A DNA stretch of 30,240 nucleotides, from the NCBI GenBank assembly GCA_031414955.1, contig JANOQV010000047.1, forward strand, positions 1-30,240, in the 5' to 3' direction. Made by a program: the position numbers and the translations under genes. Source of the DNA: Pedosphaera sp. GTDB taxonomy: Bacteria; Verrucomicrobiota; Verrucomicrobiia; Limisphaerales; SIBH01. Numbering within the stretch: the first letter of the stretch is position 1; each line of letters starts with the position of its first letter. Below are positions 18,912-26,461 of the stretch, one piece after another. The notes under the pieces are model-generated. The model had not been told where the DNA came from and did not search any database. It saw only the letters and a program-made list of their open reading frames with translations.

Positions 18912-20123
18912 ATGTACGACTGCACAATTGTCGGTGGTGGAATCGTGGGCCTGGCGACGGCGATGACGCTCGTCCGGCGGCAGCCTGGCATTAAGCTGCT
19001 CCTGATCGAGAAGGAGGACCATTTCGCGGAGCACCAGAGCGGGCGCAACAGCGGCGTCATCCACTCCGGCATCTACTACAAGCCCGGCAGCTTCAAGGCC
19101 AAGTTCGCGCGCGAAGGCAGCCGGACGATGGTCGAGTTCTGCCAGGAGCACGGCATCAAGTACGATGTCTGCGGCAAGGTCATCATCGCCGTCGAGGAAA
19201 AGGAACTGCCGCTGCTGGATAACCTCTACCAGCGCGGCCAGCAGAACGAACTCAACGTCACCATGCTGACTCCGCAGCAGGTGAACGAGATCGAGCCGCA
19301 CGTGCGCGCGCTGGCTGGCATCAAGGTGCCGAGCACCGGCGTGGCTGATTACAAGGGCGTGTGCCATAAGTACGCCGAACTGGCGCGGGCGGGCGGCGGC
19401 ACGATCCATCTCGGCACACGACTGAAGCACATTCGCAATGGAGACAACTCGAAGGTGCTGGAGACGGACAAGGGCGAGTTCGAGGCGCGCTTCCTGATCA
19501 ACTGCGCCGGTCTCCACAGCGATAGGGTGGCCAAACTCGGTGGACTTCAGCCCGAGGCGAAGATTGTTCCGTTCCGCGGCGAGTATTTTGAGTTGGTGCC
19601 CAACCGCCGCTTTCTCGTGAAGTCGCTCATCTATCCCGTGCCGAATCCCGACTTCCCATTCCTCGGCGTCCACTTCACGCGCATGATTGACGGCTCGATT
19701 CACTGCGGGCCCAATGCCGTCCTCGCTTTCAAGCGCGAGGGCTATCACAAGACCGATTTCAACCTGCGTGACTTCTGCGAGACCATGACCTACGGCGGCT
19801 TCTGGAAGCTGGCGAAGAAGAACATGAGTGAGGGTCTGATGGAGATGCGCCGCTCGCTGAGTAAAGCGCTTTTCGTGCAGAGCCTTCAGCGCCTCATTCC
19901 CGAGGTGCAGGCCGAGGACATCACTCCCTGCCACGCCGGCGTGCGCGCCCAGGCGCTGTTGCCCACCGGCGGCATGGTCGATGACTTTCTCTTCCAGCGC
20001 GACCGCAACGCCATTCACGTCTGCAACGCGCCGTCGCCCGCCGCCACGGCGTCGCTGGAGATCGGCAAGTCCATCGCGGATCAGGTGCCGGAATTGCGCT
20101 CGCGCACGACGGTCGGCGCGTGA
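18912..20123 (+). CDS. lhgO: L-2-hydroxyglutarate oxidase family FAD oxidoreductase
   Basis: IVGGGIVG FAD motif, HQSGRNSGVIHSGIYYKPGS, IYPVPNPDFPFLGVH, GVRAQA, NAPSPAATASL. Confidence 0.9.
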   Translation: MYDCTIVGGGIVGLATAMTLVRRQPGIKLLLIEKEDHFAEHQSGRNSGVIHSGIYYKPGSFKAKFAREGSRTMVEFCQEHGIKYDVCGKVIIAVEEKELPLLDNLYQRGQQNELNVTMLTPQQVNEIEPHVRALAGIKVPSTGVADYKGVCHKYAELARAGGGTIHLGTRLKHIRNGDNSKVLETDKGEFEARFLINCAGLHSDRVAKLGGLQPEAKIVPFRGEYFELVPNRRFLVKSLIYPVPNPDFPFLGVHFTRMIDGSIHCGPNAVLAFKREGYHKTDFNLRDFCETMTYGGFWKLAKKNMSEGLMEMRRSLSKALFVQSLQRLIPEVQAEDITPCHAGVRAQALLPTGGMVDDFLFQRDRNAIHVCNAPSPAATASLEIGKSIADQVPELRSRTTVGA

Positions 20124-20129
20124 GCCTTC

Positions 20130-20202
20130 GGAGCGCCGAGCATTGCTCGGCATTGGAGGGATTGTGTCGGGTCGCTTCGAGCCGAGCATTGCTCGGCGTT
20201 CC
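20130..20202. repeat. REP-like palindrome doublet between convergent genes (probable bidirectional terminator or RNA stabiliser)
   Basis: The palindrome gccgagca-t-tgctcggc occurs at 20135-20151 and again at 20181-20197. The outer ends ggagcg...cgttcc are complementary with one G-T pair. Confidence 0.75.
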
Positions 20203-20203
20203 G

Positions 20204-21400
20204 TTACATCTTCCCGAGCTTCCAGAGTTTCGCGTCGCTGCGGATGAAGATCGCACCGTCCGCCACGGAAGGCGTGCTGAGAATCGGCTTCTTCAAGTCG
20301 AGTTCGCTCACCACTTCGCCCTGCGACTCCACGTTCACCACCTGCAATAGCCCCTTCTCGTTCACGCAGTAGAGATGGGTGCCGTTCGCGATGGGCGTGG
20401 CGCTGAACGGCCCCTTCAATCGCAGTTGCCACAGGCGCGCTCCATCCTTCGCGTCGCCCGCAGTCAGCACGCCGGCGTCGTTGAGCGTGAACACGCGCCC
20501 GTTCAGAATCACCGCGCTTGCGGTCGCGGGGCGCAGTTGCGCTGACCGCCAGAGTTGTTTCGGCGAGTTGCCGTCCGGCGAAGGTTCCAGCGCGGTGGTG
20601 CCGTTCGAGGGCACGTAGAGCACGCCGTCGCTCGGCGTCGCGGAAGGAATGGTCGAGGCTCCGTCCGTGTATTCCCACACGATGCGCCCCGTCTTCGGCT
20701 CCACGGCGGCGATGCCTTTGCCGGATTGCAGGATGGCCAGCGTCGGTTGTCCCTTGGCCCTGAGCAGCACCGGCGATGTCCAGTTCGCCATCTTCGGGCG
20801 GTTCAGCTTCCAGCGATTCACGCCCGTCTTCACGTCGAGCCCGGCGGTGAAGGATTCGCTGTCGTTCTCCACCATGGTGATGAGCACGCCATCCGCGACG
20901 GTGAGCGACGACGACATGCCGAGGCTGTTGCTCGCGTTCGGATAATCCCGCGTCAATCCCCGCAGCCAGATCAGGTTGCCGTCGAGGTCGAGGCAGACCA
21001 GATCGTTCGAGGAGAAAATGGCGAACACATACTGGCCGTCACTGGCGGGTGTGGGCGCGGCTACCGAAGTCTTGTCGTGGCTCATGGTGCGGCCGGTGGC
21101 CCAGAACTGCCGCTCCCAGCGCTTCGAGCCGTCCTTGGCGTTGAAACAGATAACGTGCAGTCGGTCCTGCTTCGGCCCGCTCGAACAGGTCACGAAGACG
21201 CGGTCGCCGACAATGATGGGGCTGCTCAGCCCGCGCCCTGGCAGGTCGATGGCCCACTGGATGTTCCCGGCCTCCAGCTTGACGGGCAGCGCGGGATCAT
21301 TGACGACGTTGTTGCCATTCGGCCCGCGGAACTGCGGCCAGTCGGCGACGGCGAAACTGATCGAGACCAACAACGCGGCGCAGATGAAAATGTTTTTCAT
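20204..21400 (-). CDS. Secreted PQQ-binding-like (BamB-like) beta-propeller repeat protein, PVC-type
   Basis: Signal peptide MKNIFICAALLVSISFAVA|DWPQFRGP. Repeated SSP/TP...D..G...W propeller blades. Confidence 0.85.
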   Translation of the reverse strand: MKNIFICAALLVSISFAVADWPQFRGPNGNNVVNDPALPVKLEAGNIQWAIDLPGRGLSSPIIVGDRVFVTCSSGPKQDRLHVICFNAKDGSKRWERQFWATGRTMSHDKTSVAAPTPASDGQYVFAIFSSNDLVCLDLDGNLIWLRGLTRDYPNASNSLGMSSSLTVADGVLITMVENDSESFTAGLDVKTGVNRWKLNRPKMANWTSPVLLRAKGQPTLAILQSGKGIAAVEPKTGRIVWEYTDGASTIPSATPSDGVLYVPSNGTTALEPSPDGNSPKQLWRSAQLRPATASAVILNGRVFTLNDAGVLTAGDAKDGARLWQLRLKGPFSATPIANGTHLYCVNEKGLLQVVNVESQGEVVSELDLKKPILSTPSVADGAIFIRSDAKLWKLGKM

Positions 21401-21418
21401 GGTTGTGTCCTTTCGCAA

Positions 21419-22552
21419 TTACTTCTTCGCGCTCGCAATGGGCGCGCCGAGGTTGTCCGTGATGCGCAATTGAAACTCCCACTCCTTCGTCCACTCCTCC
21501 TTCTGCTCGTTCTGGCACATCTTCACCACGATGGTGTTCTTCCCCTTCTTCAAATCCACCGGGAACCGGTATTGATCGATCTCCATGCCGCGATGGTATT
21601 CGTCGCGACCGAAGAGGAACTTCCCGTTCAGCCAGATCTTCCACGCGTTCTTGCAGCCCAGCCGCAGCTCCACCGGGCCCGCCTTCGCCGCGTTGAACTC
21701 CGTGTAAGCGTAACCCGCCACGCCCTTGAGTGCGCCGCACGGCTTGTTCAAATCCACCAGCCCGTAATCGCCGCCCGCCTTCAAGTCCTGCCAGCGCACC
21801 TTCCCCTCCTTGCCGTCGTATTCCGCCGCTAGGTCCACCCGCTCCTCCGGCGGATACACCTTGTCGAAGCCTACCCCGCCCGTGCTGTCGAACGGCCCGA
21901 CTACCTTCCACTCCGACACCCAGCCGAAGACCGACGGCAGCTCCACCGGCCGTCCGAGCGACTTCAACTGCTTGGCAATCAGCTCCACCTGGTCCACGTC
22001 CCGCGCGGCGGGCAGCACCGCCTGGAACAGTGGGACCGCCTCGTTCGAGCGCCCGGCTTTCTGCGTGGCCAGCGCGGCGTCGATCTGGCGCTGCACGGCG
22101 TCGCGGCGCAACTCCCGGCCCGGGTCGTTCAACATCCCGGCGATCAGGCGCTCGCCCGCCGCCGGGTCCGCGCGCGCCACCAGCTCATACGCCAGCCGCC
22201 GCGCCGCCGGGCTGTTCTTCGTCTCCCGCACGAACTTCTCCAGCGTCGCCCCCGGCAAGGCCCGGCCCGCGGCCAGTTCCCGCGCCGCGATGGTGTCCAC
22301 CGCCGCGCGCAGCCAGTTCACCGCCAGATCGTTGGCACCGTTCATCGACTTGAGGATGGGCACCAGAGCGTCCGCTTTCTCGGTGGAAACGGTTTGCCAG
22401 GCCGCACCCGCCTCGGCGTTGCCTTGGCCTTCCGGCCCGACGGCGCGGATGGTTTGGAGCGAGCCCGCCAGCGAAGCCGCCGCGCCCGGGGCCGGCCGTG
22501 CCAGGAGCGTCGCCATGACCGCGATGAGCAGAACAGGAAAGGGTAATTTCAT
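21419..22552 (-). CDS. Secreted hypothetical protein with an N-terminal HEAT-like helical region and a C-terminal beta-sandwich (PA14/glycoside-hydrolase accessory-like)
   Basis: Signal peptide MKLPFPVLLIAVMATLLARPAPGA. Helical LNDP..ELRRDAV segment. W.VVGPF...YAYTEF...LRLG...KIWLNG...LKKGKNTIVVK motif. The stop is 18 nt from the next start codon. Confidence 0.75.
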   Translation of the reverse strand: MKLPFPVLLIAVMATLLARPAPGAAASLAGSLQTIRAVGPEGQGNAEAGAAWQTVSTEKADALVPILKSMNGANDLAVNWLRAAVDTIAARELAAGRALPGATLEKFVRETKNSPAARRLAYELVARADPAAGERLIAGMLNDPGRELRRDAVQRQIDAALATQKAGRSNEAVPLFQAVLPAARDVDQVELIAKQLKSLGRPVELPSVFGWVSEWKVVGPFDSTGGVGFDKVYPPEERVDLAAEYDGKEGKVRWQDLKAGGDYGLVDLNKPCGALKGVAGYAYTEFNAAKAGPVELRLGCKNAWKIWLNGKFLFGRDEYHRGMEIDQYRFPVDLKKGKNTIVVKMCQNEQKEEWTKEWEFQLRITDNLGAPIASAKK

Positions 22553-22760
22553 AAGCCAGGGTTCAACTCGTTTTGGGTGCGGCATAATGGTGCGGAGTTG
22601 GATGCGCGAAGTGGCGGCTGTGTTCAAGGGGAAAATGGTGAGAGGGCTTACGAGCTAGATCCGTGAGAAGTATTGTTCCCAGACGTTCCCCCACTTAACA
22701 GTTCTGGTTCGCTCGTGGCATGATTGGGAAGATTTCAAAATTGGCCGGCTCGTCCCTTTC

Positions 22761-22930
22761 GTAGGTCGCCAGGTTATGGCCGACCTTGCAACAGTGTGCG
22801 GACGGGCCGTCCCCGCTCCAAGCGGTCGGGGCCACGAGGTTCCACGGTGGAGTCGGAACCAGCGAAACTGAGGGGCAGCGCCTGAGTGCTGGCCCAAGAT
22901 ACAGTGGGTCTTCGCCTGACCCGCCGCTCC
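22761..22930. repeat. Degenerate REP-like palindromes
   Basis: ggacgg-g-ccgtcc followed by ccgctcca (22800-22820), gggtc-N7-gaccc followed by gccgctcc (22906-22930), and gtag-gtcgcc...ggccgacc (22761-22785). The first two end in the cgctcc-type foot seen at 20197-20202. Confidence 0.4.
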
Positions 22931-22939
22931 CTCGTCACG

Positions 22940-25900
22940 TCACGGGAAACGCAGACGGTAGAATTTTCCGCCTTCGGTGGTGGCCACCGCAAAGGGGCTG
23001 GTCGCGCCCACCACCTCTTCCCACGGACCGGTTACGGTGTCTGAAACCTCCAGTTTCGCACCGGGAACGGCCCAGACCATCTCAAACCCGCCGGGCGAGG
23101 GCTTCATCTCGATGTGTTTCACGGTCACTTTGAAGGAGCACGAGTCCGTCAACCCACCTGGGTCCGTGGCGGTGCAGCTCACCACCGTCTCACCGGGAGG
23201 GAACAGGCTGCCGTCAGCGGGAGTGCAAGTGAACGTCGTGGGATAACAGTCGTCCGTGACCGTGATTTGGTTGGTGAAGGAGACAATGGCGCCTGCGGCA
23301 CTGGCGGCGAGCGTTACGATGGGGCCTCCGCAACTGATTTCCGGGGCGGTGTTGACCTCCGGACAGGCTTTGTACTCGGTGAGCACGATCTTGGTCTCGC
23401 CCTTGAGACTGTTGGGACCGTAATGGACCCGGAACGCTCCGCCGTCTTCAGTTGGGAAGTAATTACCGTTGGTCACATTCGCGAACCATTCTGTGGCACC
23501 GCTGGCAAATAAACCCTCGGCGATGACGAATTCCTGGTTCGTAGCGGGGTGATAACCATTGAGCATGCGTATTTTCAAGCGGGCTGAAAGCCCTGCAAAA
23601 TCGAGCCGGTGAGCCGGGACCTTGATCGAGTCATAATCGTTGGCATTAGGGCCGCCGATGTGGGCTTCCAGGGTGCCCGCCACGTACAGGTTGTCGTTGA
23701 TGGTCAACGTACCCGCAGCGGTGTCGAATCCGGGGGCGATGGTCGCAGATTCCCGGATTGTCAGGTCGGCATTCACGTTCCCGTGGCCCCGGACATAGCC
23801 ATAGTCAATCACAAGGTCCGACGAGGCGCTGACCGTGGCATTGCAGAGAGTGATCGATGCACTATCGTAGGCTCCATGCGTGAAACCGCCGTTGAACGCC
23901 AGGGTGCCGCTCGCAACAAAAACTTTGCCGTCGTTGTCGAACGGCACTCCGATTGTTGCTGTGCCGGTGCCCGCGCTCTTGCGGAAAACGCCCGGGGATG
24001 GGTTCCTGATCCGCGTCGTGCCGTCCCCAAAATAACCCAAGTCTGCCTGGATGTTCACCGTGCCAAAATTTTGCAACTCGGCACCATCAGCCGTGTTGAG
24101 GTTCCCCGCCCAGTTCCAGATGCTTTCGGACTCGTTACTAACCGTGCGCCCGCGGATATTCTTGGGCAGCCCGCTTGCCGCCACCGTTCCACCGCCATAC
24201 AAGCTGAGGGCGCCACCCGCCTCAATGTTGCCGCCATAGGGCCAGTCAAACGTGCCGTAAATGGTCACCGCTCCATCTCCGGTCCAGGTGCCTCCTTCAA
24301 ACAGCAGGTCATTCAACTTGGTAACGTTAACCTCGTCTTTCCAGATAATCGTTCCGGCGCTCTGGAGGAAGCTGGGGCTGAAGTGAGAGGCGTCGTTAAC
24401 TTCCAAGGCACCGAAGGCACCGCTGACGATGACAGATCCGTCCCCCGTCAATACTGCTCCTTCATTCCACTCATGTAATCCGTCCCGAAGCCACAGCATG
24501 GTACCCGGCTCCAGGTTGACGGTGCCAAAGTGGTCGCTGCGGCTCAAAGCGAGCGTGCCGGTCTGGACATCGATGAGACCACTCTCCCGGTTCAGGAGGG
24601 GCACCGCGATCCCCATTTCGCCTGCGCCTGCGCTCTTGCGCAGCGTGCCCTGGGCTTCATTCACGATGATCGAGTCTCCATCGCCAAAACCTCCATAGCT
24701 CATGTTCGTCTGGATGTTCACCTCCCCTTTATTGTGGAACCGGGTGCCGTAGCCGCTGCGGAAGCCCCAACCCTCCTGTAACGCCCAGTTCCAGATGCTG
24801 CCCGTTTCGTTGGTGATCAGGCATCCGCTCATGTCCTTGTTCCAGCCGCCTGAAACAGTGCCACCGCCTTTCAACGTAAGGGAGCCATGCACGGTCATGG
24901 TCTCATCCAGCGTGTTAAGAGAGCCGCCATACGGCCAATCAAACGCCCCATTGACCGTCACCGCTCCAACTCCGGTCCAGTAGCCGCCTCCGAACAGCAC
25001 GTCCTGCAACCCGGCGTGGCCGTTATACACGATCGTTCCATACGATTCCAAATTGTTGGGACTGAAACCGCTGGCGTCGTTCATCAGCAGGAGGCAATTG
25101 CCGTCAATGAGAACCGAACCATCCCCCATGAACTGTGCGCCGGTATTCCAAGCATTCGTGCCGTCGCCGAAGTACACCTGGGTGCCAAGGGCAGTCTGGA
25201 AAGTGCCCGTGTTGGTGCTGCCGTTCTGCAATCGAAACGTGCCGTTCAGGACCTCGACAGTCCCCTCATTCATGAAGGGCACCGCCATGGTGACCGTTCC
25301 GGAACTGGTTTGGCGGAAAATTCCCTCGCTGCGATTGAGGATCACCGAAGTGCCACCACCCAAGCTGCCGGAGTAGCCGAGGTTCGACTGAATCTCCACC
25401 GTCCCCCGATTGTCGAGCACGGCACCGCTACCGGTGCTGAAGCCGTAACCCTCGGGCAGCGCCCAAATCCAGGTGCTGTTTGTAGCGTTGATGACGGTGC
25501 GCCCGCGAATGCTCTTGGCATACCCCCCTGTCACCGTTCCCCCGCCCCGCAGGACGAGGGGCGCTGAACCCGCTTCAATGGCCCCGTTATACGGCCAGGT
25601 AAACGCGCCGTTGAGGGTTAACCCGCCTGCACCCCTGATCGCTCCGCCTTCCCACAGCAAATTCTCGATGGTGATGTCGTCGGTGAGTAGGACCAAGCCG
25701 TTCGGAATATACACATCAAAGGTGAAGCCACCGTTCCCGTTGTTGGGAAAGTCAGTATTGGGAGCCCAATTGGTCGCAACGCTCCAGGGGGCTTGCACGT
25801 CGTACGCGACGTTCCAGGTCGAAGTGACGTCAGCGCCGTTGGCGGCAATGGTCAGGGCGGCAAATAAACCCAGACCCGCCCTCAGATATTCGCGGCGGAA

Positions 25901-25981
25901 CTTCGGCAAGTGGTGGACGGCGACGATGCGCTTAACGACGTTTGTTAGGGTGCCCAATGGTGCGGCCGGTGTCTGTTGCAT
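22940..25981 (-). CDS. Secreted beta-helix (autotransporter passenger-like) repeat protein with HYR domain and C-terminal sorting-like domain
   Basis: Signal peptide ending AANG|ADVT. Three repeats of about 220-230 aa with F(T/D)WPY.G and N.G.(V/F) motifs. IAPG...GTLTI...YD module. HYR domain TCTPADGSLFPPGETVVSCTATD at about 23119-23353. The protein ends KFYRLRFP. Confidence 0.8.
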   Translation of the reverse strand: MQQTPAAPLGTLTNVVKRIVAVHHLPKFRREYLRAGLGLFAALTIAANGADVTSTWNVAYDVQAPWSVATNWAPNTDFPNNGNGGFTFDVYIPNGLVLLTDDITIENLLWEGGAIRGAGGLTLNGAFTWPYNGAIEAGSAPLVLRGGGTVTGGYAKSIRGRTVINATNSTWIWALPEGYGFSTGSGAVLDNRGTVEIQSNLGYSGSLGGGTSVILNRSEGIFRQTSSGTVTMAVPFMNEGTVEVLNGTFRLQNGSTNTGTFQTALGTQVYFGDGTNAWNTGAQFMGDGSVLIDGNCLLLMNDASGFSPNNLESYGTIVYNGHAGLQDVLFGGGYWTGVGAVTVNGAFDWPYGGSLNTLDETMTVHGSLTLKGGGTVSGGWNKDMSGCLITNETGSIWNWALQEGWGFRSGYGTRFHNKGEVNIQTNMSYGGFGDGDSIIVNEAQGTLRKSAGAGEMGIAVPLLNRESGLIDVQTGTLALSRSDHFGTVNLEPGTMLWLRDGLHEWNEGAVLTGDGSVIVSGAFGALEVNDASHFSPSFLQSAGTIIWKDEVNVTKLNDLLFEGGTWTGDGAVTIYGTFDWPYGGNIEAGGALSLYGGGTVAASGLPKNIRGRTVSNESESIWNWAGNLNTADGAELQNFGTVNIQADLGYFGDGTTRIRNPSPGVFRKSAGTGTATIGVPFDNDGKVFVASGTLAFNGGFTHGAYDSASITLCNATVSASSDLVIDYGYVRGHGNVNADLTIRESATIAPGFDTAAGTLTINDNLYVAGTLEAHIGGPNANDYDSIKVPAHRLDFAGLSARLKIRMLNGYHPATNQEFVIAEGLFASGATEWFANVTNGNYFPTEDGGAFRVHYGPNSLKGETKIVLTEYKACPEVNTAPEISCGGPIVTLAASAAGAIVSFTNQITVTDDCYPTTFTCTPADGSLFPPGETVVSCTATDPGGLTDSCSFKVTVKHIEMKPSPGGFEMVWAVPGAKLEVSDTVTGPWEEVVGATSPFAVATTEGGKFYRLRFP

Positions 25982-26006
25982 GGTGTCTGTTGGTTTATTG
26001 TTCGTG

Positions 26007-26038
26007 ACTTGCGCCGAGCAATTTCTCCGGGCGCAAGT
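26007..26038 (-). promoter_or_regulatory. Perfect 9-bp inverted repeat in the 5' leader of the 25981 gene
   Basis: acttgcgcc (26007-26015) and ggcgcaagt (26030-26038), 25 nt upstream of the ATG. Confidence 0.45.
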
Positions 26039-26153
26039 TGCTCTCTGCTTTCAGATGCCCGCGCCGCGGGAAAACCTTTCAGGGAATTTTATGATTTTTG
26101 CGAAACGGTTGAAATGGGAACCTGAAGTCCGAAGGCCAAGCACGGGGTTCCAG

Positions 26154-26427
26154 CCACGAATGGACCCTGCGCGGCCAGGCCGCCACCAAGAGAAACAGCC
26201 GGTGGCACCGCCGAGACGGGAAGGACACAGAGATGGCCGGCCCAAAAAACCTCTGCGCTCTTCCCGCCTCTGCGGTGAACCAGAGCGGCTCAAAATAATT
26301 GGCGCGGGCTGCGGACACGATCGTGAATAGAAGTTCGAATGGACGCGACTTCGGAAGGGGTCTCCCTTTGCCCGGCTCTCGCCAGGACTTGCGGGCTTTA
26401 TTCGTGTCGATTCGAGTTCGTTCGCGG
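26154..26427. mobile_element. Nested non-autonomous inverted-repeat (MITE/REP-like) elements
   Basis: Inner IR 26206-26232 / 26251-26277 matches at 22 of 27 positions. The outer IR left arm is split into 26154-26165 plus 26335-26350; rejoined, it matches the reverse complement of 26400-26427 at 22 of 28 positions. Confidence 0.6.
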
Positions 26428-26461
26428 TTTCAAAAATGGAGCCGGTACCGTTGCGATCCGT

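Noticed and set aside
20204..21400. Calling the propeller gene bamB
   Set aside because: There is no lipobox Cys at the cleavage site and no bam/der context. It belongs to the expanded PVC DWPQFRGP family.
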